DNA from: a virus
Lineage: Duplodnaviria; Caudoviricetes
Length of the DNA: 61,916 nucleotides
Virus record (IMG/VR): IMGVR_UViG_3300043639_000021
Location: 1 to 61,916 of that record
Reading direction: 5' to 3' (one strand)
The translations under genes and the position numbers were made by a program. Position 1 is the stretch's first letter. Each line of letters begins with the position of its first letter. Below, piece after piece: positions 37,242 through 47,393 of the stretch. The notes under the pieces are model-generated. The model ran no database searches. It was not told the DNA's origin and saw only the letters and a program-made list of their open reading frames with translations.

Positions 37242-37555
37242 CCCACGTCTCCATCAATGATGCTCACGGGATGCACCACTCGGTAGTTGGTGCCCGCCTG
37301 ATCGGCGGCGATCTCCAGCGAATAGGACACGCCCTTCGGGAGCATCATGGTCAGCCCTTCGACCGGCCACTCGTAGTTGCCTTGGCTATCGGGGACGTAC
37401 CGCATGGGAACGTTGGTGAACGCCGGGAGCGGCTGTTCTTTGTGATCCCGTAGGGTGGCTTTGACCACGGCTGCATTCAGGTAGGTGCCGGTCATTAGAC
37501 GTAAGCCTTCCAACGTCACCACCTGATCGTTCCCTCGCCGCAGGATGACTCTCAT
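37238..37555 (-). CDS. Small Ig-like structural/adaptor protein
   Basis: ATG 37555 after GGAGG; MRVILRRGNDQVVTLEGL..., beta-sandwich pattern. Confidence 0.55.
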   Translation of the reverse strand: MRVILRRGNDQVVTLEGLRLMTGTYLNAAVVKATLRDHKEQPLPAFTNVPMRYVPDSQGNYEWPVEGLTMMLPKGVSYSLEIAADQAGTNYRVVHPVSIIDGDVG

Positions 37556-40500
37556 GGCCTCCACCCTTCGATATCTGTGCTCGTGACCAGTTGACGCACC
37601 CGCACCGTGGTGCCGTCGCTCAGGACCGACTGCGTGCAAGTGATGGCCAACGCCTGCACCGATTGCCGCACCACACACGTGCCCGTGACGGAGAGGGCGC
37701 TCGTGACCGCCGACGCAATGACCAGTTGTCTGACGGTAACGCCACTGGCAATCGCCGGGGGCAATGCCCCGGTCCAAATCTCGACCTCCAGTGTAGGCGG
37801 AAAGAGGACCGCCGTCGAGGCGATTGTTGCGCCCTCGACCACGAGCCCGTGGGCTACCAGCGGAGCGTGTATCTGAGTGGTGGAGGCTATCGTCACCCCG
37901 CCAACCGTGACCGCTCCGGAGGCGACGGCGGGGGCGTTCAAAAACACCCCTGAGGCAATCGTGCCCGTGCCCACCCCAGTCACCAGCGCGGCTACCGTAG
38001 GGGCGTTCAGGACCGCTGTGGTGGCCCGGAAGGGCGTGGTGAGGGTGACAGGGCCGGGACTGACACTTGGGGCCGTCAGGGCCAGCGTGGTGGCCCTGTG
38101 AGCCGTCGTGACTGCCTGCCCCACGAGCAGCGTGGGGGCGAACAACCCGCTACCGCTGGGAATCGTCACCCCGGTCAACAGGGCGGTGACGGTGGGGGCG
38201 AAGATCAGAGCCGTAGACGGACGAGTCGCACCCGTGACACTCGCTGGGCCTACGATGACCGTAGGCGCACGCAGGACCGAGGTAGGGGCAAGGGTGCCCC
38301 CCAGCACCGATGTCGCGCCCACGGTCACGCTAGGCGGTCTGGTGAGGCTTGTAGACGCGATGGCCGGAGGGAGGATGGTAGCCAGCCCCCCCACGACACT
38401 TGGAGCATTCACCACCACGGTCGAAGCCACTGTGCCTGCCCCCACCCCTCCGGGGGCGACAGACGTCAGTGTGGGGGCAAACAGCACCAGTGTGGCGGCG
38501 ATGGTGGCTCCCACCACCGTGACCGCACCCGTGGTGATGGCAGCAGCGAAACACTGCACCGTCGAGGCAAGGGTGGGTCCACCGACACCCACCGGGCCGG
38601 GAGCCACGGTCGGTGCATTCAATTGCAGCGTGGTGGGCCGCGTGGCTGTCGTGATGCCGACCGGGCCTGCGGCGACTGATGCTGTGAACATCTGCGCCGT
38701 CGAGGCCCGGAAAACCGTGGTGACGTTCTGCGTCAGCGTGGGCGCAAACGTCTGGGCTGTCGTCGCTCGATGCGCGGCCACCACCGTCTGGGCCACAGAC
38801 GGAGCAAACGCTCCACTGCCACTCGTGATCGTGGCTCCCGTCAGAAGCGCCGTCACCGTAGGGGCGTTCACCTGAATCGTAGTGGCTCGATGAACACCTG
38901 TAATCGTGACTGCGCCGGGAGCTACTGTGGGCGCAAAGACTTGAATCGTCGTCGCTCGATGGACTCCGGTAACGGCTACCGGGCCTGCGGCTATCGAAGG
39001 AACATTGACGACTGCCGTCGAGGCGAGGGTGACTCCCGTGACTGACTGCGGAGCACCCGTTTGTGCGACTCCGGGGGCGAAGACCTGTGCGAGTCCGACA
39101 CCCCCTTCCAACAGAAGCGCACTGCCGTCCTCTTGCAACAGACCGAAGCCATCCTCCAGCAGCACATCCCCCGCAGACCCCACGATGATCGGAACGCTGA
39201 TGGCCAGTGTGCCACCCGCGACGGTGGCTGGGTTCAGGACCGCTGTCGAAAGGCGATGCGATGTGGTGACGCCCTGATCGGCTGGCCCACCTCCCCCAAT
39301 AAGGTCTGCGTAGGACCGCCCACTGCCAGCGTTATACAACCATGCGACTTCCGTCGAGGTGAGGGCGCGTTGCCAGAAGCCGATCTCGTCAATCAACCCA
39401 TCAAAATAACGACCGCTTGCGAATAGATAGATCTCCTTTCCCACATTGAAAGGAACAGAATTATTATCTGAAAATCCGGGGGATGCCACGGTATCCTCCA
39501 CGGACCCATTGATATAACCCACCAGCCCCACGCCACTGGTGTCGAACGTCACCACGAGGTGGTACCAGTTCCCCACGCTCAACACGGTCACGCCCGGATC
39601 GAAATGCACATTGCCCGGATCGACGTACACCGCCATCTTGCCAGCGGGTGTGAGGTAGATCGTGGACTGGTGCCGGAGAGGTGCCCCCGCACTATCGTCT
39701 CTGGAGAAGACGGCTTGATAATCCGCAGGTAGTGTCTCCGGCTTCAACCACAGACTGATCGTCCACGTCCCTGTCACCACAATTCCTGAGGTGTTGCTCA
39801 GAAATTCTGAATTGTCAGCCTCAAAATCTGCCGCTGTGCCAATTTTGCCGGTGGCGCTGCCCACCGTGTTGTTGTCCGTAAGATTGTAGGTGCCGCTCAC
39901 GGCATCCACACGCGTACCAGACGCTTCCTCGCACGCCCAATACGCCAGCAAATTAACCGCGATCCCACCCGTAGATGGAAAGGCGACGGTCGGCGTACGA
40001 AGGATGGCTCCTGACGTGATCGTGGTGCCGGTGACACTCTGCGCGACACCGGGGAGTACCACGAGGTGACCAGTGCCGGTGTACAGTTGAAACGCGAGAT
40101 CAGCCCCCGAAATGTGTGTACCACCGGACCCGTTCTTCAGTTCACCAGAGCCATAGAGATTGCCCGTCGAGTACTGGACGTAGGCGTAGTTGGGCACCTC
40201 CGTCGCCGTGCGAGTCGCACCGATCCCGATCCAGTAGGTCGTGCCACCGACCATCGCGATGCCACCGGGGAGCGGAAAATTCAACCACGAATTGAACGCC
40301 GTAGGAACACTCGTCCCCGGCATCGCCAGAGACGTTCCGAGCAACGTCCCGGTCATCGTGCTGTCGCGGATCTCTAGATACAGCGCGTCCCGTGGAGTCA
40401 GCGCCCCATTCTGTTCCGTCACCGCCAGCAACGAGATGGACGTGATCGTCAGCCCACCGGACGATCCAAGGATCGTCTGCCAGAAGTTGATACCCGGCAC

Positions 40501-41448
40501 GGTGATGCCGAGCAACCCCCCGAGGCCCGTGGGGTTCTCTATCAGCAAGGTTTCGGTATAACGTGCGGCCCGTGCTGTCGAATAGATCAACGGGAGAGCC
40601 ACAACCTGTGTGGCGAGAACAACGGTGTGCCCTGTTTGGGCAATCGCTGTAGATGAAACGGTCTGCCCACTCAGCGTGCGGTCGCCAACCATCGCCACCG
40701 CTGGCGCACTGACACTCGTCCCTGAGGCGATAGGGGACGTGGTGATCGGATCAAGCCACGACAGCACCACGATGCCTGAGGCACCATTTCCGCCCGCTTG
40801 ATCGGCACCGCTATTCGCTTTACCGCCAGAACCACCGCCACCGTAATTACCTCCACCTCCGGTGGCTCCCGGTGTGCTATTGCCAACGCCAGCCGCACCA
40901 CCGCCGCTATGGAAAAGACCGGTCGCCCACACGCCGCCGCCAGTGACACCTGCCGTATTGCCACTAGCCGCGCCACCTACTCCAGCAGGGCCAGCGGCAC
41001 CGCCGCCTGCACCTGAACCACCAACGCCGCTGGTAAAATTCCCTGTGCCGCCGTTGCCTCCGGCAAACAGCGTCGTACCGACTGCCGTGCCGTTCTGCGT
41101 CGTACCGCCCGCGCCATTGGCGCTGTTGGTTGCCTGAGAGGCTCCCGCCGCTCCGCCGGGAGCGAGTACCAGCGTCACGACCGTGCCTGTGGTTTCAACG
41201 TAGGAGGGATTACTGGCGGTGGGTGACGAAAATACGCCACCGGGCCGGACATTCAGACCCGTCTCTGCACCCTTGTTCACCAGAGCGGAGGCGTAGCTAC
41301 CCCCTTTGCCGCCGCCGCCCGTCGCAGGATTACCCGAGGCCGTCCCGCCGGACCCTCCCGCCCCGAGAGCTTGTACAAACACCGACGTGACCCCGGCTGG
41401 CCACGTCCAGAGTTGTACGGAGACAGCGGTAAAGGTCTGAGTAGGCAT
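37552..41448 (-). CDS. Large tail fibre/adhesin: Gly-rich domain + LamG-like domain + Thr/Ala/Val repeats
   Basis: GAGGSGG/GGGGSGG domain; TISLWLKP...WYHLVVTFD...YING...FDGLIDEIGFWQRALT; more than 20 repeats like T-I-A-S-T-x4-A-P-T-V. Confidence 0.8.
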   Translation of the reverse strand: MPTQTFTAVSVQLWTWPAGVTSVFVQALGAGGSGGTASGNPATGGGGKGGSYASALVNKGAETGLNVRPGGVFSSPTASNPSYVETTGTVVTLVLAPGGAAGASQATNSANGAGGTTQNGTAVGTTLFAGGNGGTGNFTSGVGGSGAGGGAAGPAGVGGAASGNTAGVTGGGVWATGLFHSGGGAAGVGNSTPGATGGGGNYGGGGSGGKANSGADQAGGNGASGIVVLSWLDPITTSPIASGTSVSAPAVAMVGDRTLSGQTVSSTAIAQTGHTVVLATQVVALPLIYSTARAARYTETLLIENPTGLGGLLGITVPGINFWQTILGSSGGLTITSISLLAVTEQNGALTPRDALYLEIRDSTMTGTLLGTSLAMPGTSVPTAFNSWLNFPLPGGIAMVGGTTYWIGIGATRTATEVPNYAYVQYSTGNLYGSGELKNGSGGTHISGADLAFQLYTGTGHLVVLPGVAQSVTGTTITSGAILRTPTVAFPSTGGIAVNLLAYWACEEASGTRVDAVSGTYNLTDNNTVGSATGKIGTAADFEADNSEFLSNTSGIVVTGTWTISLWLKPETLPADYQAVFSRDDSAGAPLRHQSTIYLTPAGKMAVYVDPGNVHFDPGVTVLSVGNWYHLVVTFDTSGVGLVGYINGSVEDTVASPGFSDNNSVPFNVGKEIYLFASGRYFDGLIDEIGFWQRALTSTEVAWLYNAGSGRSYADLIGGGGPADQGVTTSHRLSTAVLNPATVAGGTLAISVPIIVGSAGDVLLEDGFGLLQEDGSALLLEGGVGLAQVFAPGVAQTGAPQSVTGVTLASTAVVNVPSIAAGPVAVTGVHRATTIQVFAPTVAPGAVTITGVHRATTIQVNAPTVTALLTGATITSGSGAFAPSVAQTVVAAHRATTAQTFAPTLTQNVTTVFRASTAQMFTASVAAGPVGITTATRPTTLQLNAPTVAPGPVGVGGPTLASTVQCFAAAITTGAVTVVGATIAATLVLFAPTLTSVAPGGVGAGTVASTVVVNAPSVVGGLATILPPAIASTSLTRPPSVTVGATSVLGGTLAPTSVLRAPTVIVGPASVTGATRPSTALIFAPTVTALLTGVTIPSGSGLFAPTLLVGQAVTTAHRATTLALTAPSVSPGPVTLTTPFRATTAVLNAPTVAALVTGVGTGTIASGVFLNAPAVASGAVTVGGVTIASTTQIHAPLVAHGLVVEGATIASTAVLFPPTLEVEIWTGALPPAIASGVTVRQLVIASAVTSALSVTGTCVVRQSVQALAITCTQSVLSDGTTVRVRQLVTSTDIEGWRP

Positions 41449-41481
41449 CGGGACATCTACAAAAGCCCTAGCTTCAACACC

Positions 41482-41832
41482 TCACTCTACCACCGCATCA
41501 GGCGTGCCCTGCACCGTACCGGGCAGGAAGCCATCGGCGGAAAGCTTCTCCAGAATCCGCTTCTGCATCGACTTCGTGGTGAGGTTGGCGGTGTTCAACT
41601 GTTTGATCATCGCCGTCGCAGAGGTTCCGGTGTACTGGTAGGTGCTGAACTCCTTCGCATCGGATACCAGTTTGATCGTCACCAATCCCGGTGCCGGAGT
41701 GGGCGCAGGGGGTGGCAACAACGGCGCTGCTACCGTGTCGATATCCATCGTGAACGAGGACACCCGGTACTTCGTGGTGGGTGTCGGCGCTGGCGGCGTC
41801 ACCGGAGTCGTCAGAATCAGTTCTTCAGCCAT
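41482..41832 (-). CDS. Small tail-associated protein
   Basis: 116-aa ORF between fibre genes. Confidence 0.55.
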   Translation of the reverse strand: MAEELILTTPVTPPAPTPTTKYRVSSFTMDIDTVAAPLLPPPAPTPAPGLVTIKLVSDAKEFSTYQYTGTSATAMIKQLNTANLTTKSMQKRILEKLSADGFLPGTVQGTPDAVVE

Positions 41833-41833
41833 G

Positions 41834-43357
41834 TCACTGCACCTGTATCATCAGATTCATCCAGACGTTATTCGCCCCCGCTCCCGCACCCCACGCGAAA
41901 CTGGGCAGCGGATAGACGCCAATGTAATTACCGCCCACGTTTGAATTGACAAGGAACGGCTTCCAGCCACCACCGTTCACGTCGCAGTTATGCACGCCGG
42001 GATTGGCAATCCATTGCGTCGTCCCACAAATCAGGCCAGCAGGCAACGTGATCTGCATAGGACCACCGACTCCGGCAATGCTAAATCCATCCAGATTCAT
42101 CTGCCAAAACAGCGTCTTCCCGAGAAGCATGTAGCGATTGCTCCCCACCTGTCCTGCACTAACCGTGACCAGCATCCCCCCCACGCCGCCCACGAAATTA
42201 CTGGCACTGAAAGACACATCCTGCCAGTAGCCCATCGGCACGGTCTTCCCGCTCTCGACAAACGAGGGGGCCGTCACATTCCCATTGACCGTCAGGGTTT
42301 GATAAATGCTCATTCCGGCGGAACCGATCAGGAACGAAGTGTAACTGACCGCCGCGAAACCATCTGTCAACCCCTCCAGCCGCAAATTGCCGTCACCGTA
42401 CATGAGCCAGCGCCAGCACTTGCCATTGACCGGCCCCGCTCCGTTGAACGACAAGACGCTGTTTGAGCCGTTGATTGTCAGTCCTTGCACCGTCTGTGGC
42501 TGCGGAAACGTATTCGTCACGTCCGTGCGGGCCACCGTCGCTGGCAGCGCGGCAACGGGCACCGTGCCTGCCGTCAACTGGTCAGCGTTGAGCGGGGTTG
42601 TGCCAAGCCCCTGCGTAGCACTCACCACCCGCACAGTCAGTGTCCCAGTGACGCGATTGAATTGCAGAGATGCCTGCGAATTCAACGCATCCGTGAGGCC
42701 CGTGATGAAGATATTGTTGCCCTCACCGGAGAATTGCCACAGCCGCGCATCAGCCGATTGACTAGGATCATTCAAAATGATGCTGGGGTAGGAGGAGTTC
42801 TTGACAATCAGTGCGCCTGCCACGACTTTCCCCACACCGGGATCGACCGAGTGGTCAGTACCAATTGTCACGCCACCAGACGGATGCACCCGCAAATGCT
42901 CCGTGATGGCAGGGGTAACACCTGTTTGCACCCGCAGGGACTCCGCCTGCACAATGAGCCGCTGATAGACCTGCGTGTTGTAATTGCCTGCGGTGATGCG
43001 TCCTTCCCCCGCGACTTCATCATGGCGCACCGACAGCCCGGAGATGAGGGACTTCGATAAGAGGGTCCGACTGCCCGAAGCATCACCCGCCGCCCGTCCT
43101 TCGAACGCATCGACCTTGGCCATCTGCTCCGCACGCACCACGGGATTGATCTCGCCAGTGACCACGAGATCCCCGTCGATGGTCTGATCCCCAGTGAACG
43201 TGTTACTGGTGTTCGTCTTGGCGGTGTTCACCAGCACTTGGGTGACAGTGGCCTTCTTACTGACGGCTGACCCCGCAGGGTCATCGACCACCATCACCAG
43301 ATCGGTGCTAGTGACCACATCAATGGCCGTCAGTTCCGTCGTGCGCTTGTCAGGCAT
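41834..43357 (-). CDS. Tail fibre / receptor-binding protein
   Basis: MPDKRTTELTA...KKATV N-terminus; NTFTGDQTI shaft repeats; C-terminal RYMLLGKTLFW...ITLP head-like domain. Confidence 0.75.
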   Translation of the reverse strand: MPDKRTTELTAIDVVTSTDLVMVVDDPAGSAVSKKATVTQVLVNTAKTNTSNTFTGDQTIDGDLVVTGEINPVVRAEQMAKVDAFEGRAAGDASGSRTLLSKSLISGLSVRHDEVAGEGRITAGNYNTQVYQRLIVQAESLRVQTGVTPAITEHLRVHPSGGVTIGTDHSVDPGVGKVVAGALIVKNSSYPSIILNDPSQSADARLWQFSGEGNNIFITGLTDALNSQASLQFNRVTGTLTVRVVSATQGLGTTPLNADQLTAGTVPVAALPATVARTDVTNTFPQPQTVQGLTINGSNSVLSFNGAGPVNGKCWRWLMYGDGNLRLEGLTDGFAAVSYTSFLIGSAGMSIYQTLTVNGNVTAPSFVESGKTVPMGYWQDVSFSASNFVGGVGGMLVTVSAGQVGSNRYMLLGKTLFWQMNLDGFSIAGVGGPMQITLPAGLICGTTQWIANPGVHNCDVNGGGWKPFLVNSNVGGNYIGVYPLPSFAWGAGAGANNVWMNLMIQVQ

Positions 43358-43459
43358 CGGCTACTTCTTCTTCCTGAGATCCTTGGCCGCAAGCAGGATG
43401 AGTGCGACGACGCCGATGAGAGCTACCAGAGTCGCCACCACGCTCATGTCAACCTCGTT

Positions 43460-43789
43460 TCACCGTCGTTTGACAGTACCCCAGCGAATCGTGGCTACCA
43501 CCGCCTTACTCCGTGGACTGATCTGCGGAGCCACGTTGACATGCCGGAGTCCGATCCACGTCATCGTCACCCCACCAGCGACAACGGCCACCCCGCCCAC
43601 CACCCACGCCGGATCAGAGCCGCCCCGATCCGTATCGTGATGCAGGATGATGCCGTAGCCTGCGGCGGTCAGTACCACCCCCGACATCGCGACGACCAGT
43701 GCCAGCGCGTCGTGGTCTTTCTTTTTTTGTGTCTGCGCCGACGCCGGAACCGCGATTAACAGACACAACACCAGCAGAAAGGGGCGCAT
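43460..43789 (-). CDS. Signal-peptide membrane protein
   Basis: Signal ending PASAQ, two TM segments, C-terminus VNVAPQISPRSKAVVATIRW. Confidence 0.6.
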   Translation of the reverse strand: MRPFLLVLCLLIAVPASAQTQKKKDHDALALVVAMSGVVLTAAGYGIILHHDTDRGGSDPAWVVGGVAVVAGGVTMTWIGLRHVNVAPQISPRSKAVVATIRWGTVKRR

Positions 43790-44197
43790 TTACAGCGCCC
43801 ACCACCCTGATGCGTGAACAGTAACATTGATGTTGCCACCATTCGGGGTGACGGGCATCCCGGTCATGCCGGTATCGTAGAAGGCGCACAGAGGGTCTGC
43901 CGTGGGCGTGGTGGGGGAGTCGTTCCAGATGATGATCGCTTCGCTCTGGACACCGGAGACGGCGGTCCACGAGAAGTCGGCGGTGTCGAACACGCCGTCC
44001 GTGATCGTGGGCGAGGTCAACTGCGGAGACACCGCGATTTTCGATCCCGCCGCCACATCAGTGGCGTAGGCGTAGTGCGTGCCCGCGTAGGTGTAGGCAC
44101 CGGTATCAATCAAGGTGGCCTTGATGATGTCGGTGTCCAGATCGTGCTCTTTGTTCTGCAATCCCTGCTTGAACTTCGGATAAAGGACGTTTGCCAT
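43790..44197 (-). CDS. Virion structural protein (fibre-associated)
   Basis: MANVLYPKFK...DLDTDIIKATLID...FDTADFSW...PVTPNGGNINVT, a common small phage structural pattern. Confidence 0.7.
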   Translation of the reverse strand: MANVLYPKFKQGLQNKEHDLDTDIIKATLIDTGAYTYAGTHYAYATDVAAGSKIAVSPQLTSPTITDGVFDTADFSWTAVSGVQSEAIIIWNDSPTTPTADPLCAFYDTGMTGMPVTPNGGNINVTVHASGWWAL

Positions 44198-44245
44198 TGC
44201 TAATGTGCCTCTTGACGGAATGCAAGTTACGAGTTAGACTGCCGC

Positions 44246-44836
44246 ATGCGAACCAGTGACCGAAGCGGAGTCTGTGAACACTGCCAACAACCGTTTATCC
44301 GCAAGTGCTACGCCGCCAATCGTCCGACGCCACGCTTCTGCTCTTACAAGTGCCGTGGTGAAGGCACACGCAAACCTCTGGACCAGCGCAAACAGTCCTA
44401 CGAGTTTCGATGGATCATGGTAGGTCACCCACTGAATTACCGTGACGTGCTCACCAAGATTCCCCTGCATCGGCTCGTCCTCTATAACAAAATCGGTCCC
44501 GGCCCGCATCCTTGCCATTGGTGCCACAAACCCGTGAACTGGCTTCCCGGTAAAAGTACTGGTTCCGGTGCCCTTGTAGCCGATCACCTTGACCAGAACA
44601 AGACCAACAACGCACCTGACAACCTAGTGCCTTCGTGCCACGGGTGCAACGCCTATCGTGATCACCCCAACAAAATACTCGACCACGAGCCGTTCATCAC
44701 CGACAAGAAAGGATACCGACATCGAGCGGTCGTCCGTATCTGCCAACACTGCCACAAGCTATTCCAGCACCTCGCCGCTGAGGCACGTCCCAATCGTGGG
44801 CTGTTCTGCTCTCAGAAGTGCGCCCGCTCTAAGTAG
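44246..44836 (+). CDS. HNH endonuclease with flanking Cys-rich Zn modules (likely homing endonuclease)
   Basis: HRLVLY...CHWC...ADHLDQNKTNNAPDNLVPSCHGCN; FCSYKC and FCSQKC; antisense to neighbours. Confidence 0.85.
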   Translation: MRTSDRSGVCEHCQQPFIRKCYAANRPTPRFCSYKCRGEGTRKPLDQRKQSYEFRWIMVGHPLNYRDVLTKIPLHRLVLYNKIGPGPHPCHWCHKPVNWLPGKSTGSGALVADHLDQNKTNNAPDNLVPSCHGCNAYRDHPNKILDHEPFITDKKGYRHRAVVRICQHCHKLFQHLAAEARPNRGLFCSQKCARSK

Positions 44837-44852
44837 GACGTTTGCCGTAGAG

Positions 44853-45260
44853 CTACCCTCTTTCTAAATCTGCGGTGGAAGACAACGGGGGAAGCAGAAT
44901 GAGTTGATCAGCCGGAGTGCCGTCTTGACGATCACCGGCCTCTAATCGCGCATGGGCGTGGATCTCACAACCGATCCCGAAGCCATTCCGGAGGAAGGTG
45001 GACCACTGGGTGTGCATCCACTCGACATAGCGGGGATCGTGGACAGGGTGCCCCTCGGTCAAGACGGCGATCTCCCAGTAGAGGCGTCCCACGCCATCCG
45101 TGGCACAGCGCAGGCGCATCTGCGAGGCACTACCGAAGGCGAGTCGCCCGAAGCGGGAGGCGTTCTCCTTCACCAGTTCGTAGGTGGGCCGTGCCGTGCG
45201 ATCCGGGTACACCCGGTATTGCCACAGGCTCCACCGCTGGTTACCGCTATTAGGATCCAC
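44853..45260 (-). CDS. Hypothetical protein
   Basis: 135-aa ORF. Confidence 0.5.
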   Translation of the reverse strand: MDPNSGNQRWSLWQYRVYPDRTARPTYELVKENASRFGRLAFGSASQMRLRCATDGVGRLYWEIAVLTEGHPVHDPRYVEWMHTQWSTFLRNGFGIGCEIHAHARLEAGDRQDGTPADQLILLPPLSSTADLERG

Positions 45261-45486
45261 GAGGCGGGTCCACCATGATGTTGAGTTCCGCTGCCTGCAC
45301 TGCCGTGGGGGCGTTGTGGGCCTCGTGGAAGTGCATCTTCAGCTTCGTCTGCCGGTGGGAGGGGTCAGCCCAGCACTCGTAGCAAATCGGGTAGGCGGTC
45401 ATCAGGTTCGTCTCCTGATCGCGGGTGACGCCCACGTACGGGTGCGAGGGAGCCACCGCACCACACCCGGAACACATGGATTCCAT
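45250..45486 (-). CDS. Small CxxC-CxxC Zn-binding protein
   Basis: CSGC...CYEC; GGAGG RBS. Confidence 0.5.
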   Translation of the reverse strand: MESMCSGCGAVAPSHPYVGVTRDQETNLMTAYPICYECWADPSHRQTKLKMHFHEAHNAPTAVQAAELNIMVDPPRGS

Positions 45487-45531
45487 TCACGCCTCCACTG
45501 GGAAGGGTCTAGTATACTCTGACCGCTGCAA

Positions 45532-45753
45532 TCAAGTGCAATTTTTTGTGACGTGTCCGACGTGCCATGTCTGGCAGTCGCGACAGAGATATGTCCGCAA
45601 TTCCTCTGCCCCCTTGACGTAAGATGCTCTCACGAGCGCCCGTAGCTGGGCCTCTGCGGCCCCTTGGGACTTGTTCTTCTGCTTCCGCCAGCAGGGGGCC
45701 AGCGTGACCCCCTGCAACCGTGCGACGTCTCCGAGTCTCATCATGCCCTCCAT
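45532..45753 (-). CDS. Small Zn-finger-like phage protein
   Basis: C...YLCRDCQTWHVGH. Confidence 0.55.
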   Translation of the reverse strand: MEGMMRLGDVARLQGVTLAPCWRKQKNKSQGAAEAQLRALVRASYVKGAEELRTYLCRDCQTWHVGHVTKNCT

Positions 45754-45762
45754 GGCCTCTCT

Positions 45763-47316
45763 TCAGGCGTTCAGTTCCTTGATGCAGGACTCGCACACCG
45801 TGTAGCCGTGCAGTTCCTTGGAGGCTACCGCAGACTGTTCACAGAGATAGCACGTCTTGACTTCCGGACACGCCAGCAGGTAGTCCGGTCCCAGTTCAGC
45901 CTGTTGCTCGTCCGGATTGATCTCCGGCAGCGGCTGCACCGACTCCCCACCTGTGTCAGCCCATTCGATGCTGCCCGTCTGGTAGGCATCCACGGGCACC
46001 TTTTGCCATTGCTCCACCAGCGAATCTGTCGCTGCTTCCGCGTGTGCGGCTTTTTCTCCCAGTGCGGCTATCGCCGGAATCACCGCCGTCGTGTTGAACA
46101 GCAGTGACTTGGAGAGTACCTCCAGCTTCGCTGCCTGTGCCGCTTCGGCTGCAAGAAGCACTTCCGCCATCGGCTTCACCACGTAGTCATTCAGAGCTTC
46201 CAGCTTCGCCGCCTGCTGTGCATCACTCGCCTGTGCCGCTGACTCTCCGAGCGCCTCGATAGACGTGCCCACCGCCGACCAGAAGGACTCGTCCTTGAGC
46301 TTCGCCTCGTACGCCGCTTCGTGCTGGGCCTCTGCCGCCAGCACCGTATCCGCCTGCGACGGGTAGCTGGCGAACACCGTAAACTTCGGCTGTTCCGCCA
46401 ACCCTGCCTCGTTCGCCGCTTGCACCAGCGACTCGATCACCTCGTCCTGCACCGAGGGCTTCGGGAGCCCGCCAGACCCGATCCACGGACCCTCCAGCTT
46501 CAGGGGAGCCGACACCGGAACCTGCTGACTCGCCGCTCCGAATGCCTCGACCACCACCGCGACTTCCGTCTCGGTGAGCGGTGCGGGCTTCGCCGCGCTG
46601 ATCCACTCCCCCAGCGGGGAGACGGAAGCCTTGGCCTCCGCCTTCTCCGCCGCTGCCAGCCACTGGCCCTTCAGGCCGTAGTGCTCCGCACAATCCGGGC
46701 CGAAGCCCACGAGCACCGACCGCTGTTCCTTGCCCTTGCCGATGTCCTTGCCGCAGAAGCAGCAGTTACCGGTGAGCTTCCCGTAGTCCTTCGCCACCCG
46801 CGCCGGGTTCTCCGCCAGTTCACTCAGGAGCGCCGTCAACGCCTGCGTGAAGGGGTTGACCGTCTTATACGTGGGGGTGAACACCCCTTCCGGCGAGACG
46901 CTGCCGTAGAAGGTGCGGTTCGGATACGTGCCCTCACCGAGCACACTCACATGACCCGCCTTGAGCGACTTCGGGCCGTTCAGGGCGAGGATGACCTTGC
47001 GGCCCTCGACCTGCAACCGGATCTTCGGGAACTTCAGGTGCGCCTTGGCCTCCGCGAACAGCTTGATGACCCCACCAAACCCGCCGACGTGGACCGGCTC
47101 CTGAATCACCGCCGCCGGATACGACGCGAGAACTTGGAACGCCGGAACCTCGACGCGGGCGATGAGCTTTTCCACCCACGGCTCCTGCTTGGGGGTGAGC
47201 CCGCCGTATTTCTTGAAGCTGGCGATCAGGTTGGACGCGAACTGCGCGTCTGACGCCTTGAACTTCGGGAGCAGCGACTGCAATTTTTCGACGTTGAGTT
47301 TCAGATTTTGGTTCAT
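45763..47316 (-). CDS. DUF6011-containing protein with acidic Ala-rich tail
   Basis: YGKLTGNCCFCGKDI...SVLVGFGPDCA; terminal CxxC pair; promoter and GGAGG upstream. Confidence 0.7.
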   Translation of the reverse strand: MNQNLKLNVEKLQSLLPKFKASDAQFASNLIASFKKYGGLTPKQEPWVEKLIARVEVPAFQVLASYPAAVIQEPVHVGGFGGVIKLFAEAKAHLKFPKIRLQVEGRKVILALNGPKSLKAGHVSVLGEGTYPNRTFYGSVSPEGVFTPTYKTVNPFTQALTALLSELAENPARVAKDYGKLTGNCCFCGKDIGKGKEQRSVLVGFGPDCAEHYGLKGQWLAAAEKAEAKASVSPLGEWISAAKPAPLTETEVAVVVEAFGAASQQVPVSAPLKLEGPWIGSGGLPKPSVQDEVIESLVQAANEAGLAEQPKFTVFASYPSQADTVLAAEAQHEAAYEAKLKDESFWSAVGTSIEALGESAAQASDAQQAAKLEALNDYVVKPMAEVLLAAEAAQAAKLEVLSKSLLFNTTAVIPAIAALGEKAAHAEAATDSLVEQWQKVPVDAYQTGSIEWADTGGESVQPLPEINPDEQQAELGPDYLLACPEVKTCYLCEQSAVASKELHGYTVCESCIKELNA

Positions 47317-47364
47317 TGGGGTGCCCCTCCTGTGGGCGGTTGCTCAGTTCCGACTGACAAGAAC

Positions 47365-47393
47365 AGTATAGCACCCATGAAACCGTTTGTCAA
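47365..47393 (-). promoter_or_regulatory. Strong sigma70-type promoter
   Basis: TTGACA-17-TATACT with TG extended -10. Confidence 0.8.

Noticed and set aside
37700-39300. Diversity-generating retroelement or VNTR in the fibre repeats
   Set aside because: The repeats are degenerate protein-level repeats, with no reverse transcriptase and no adenine-specific template/variable pair seen.
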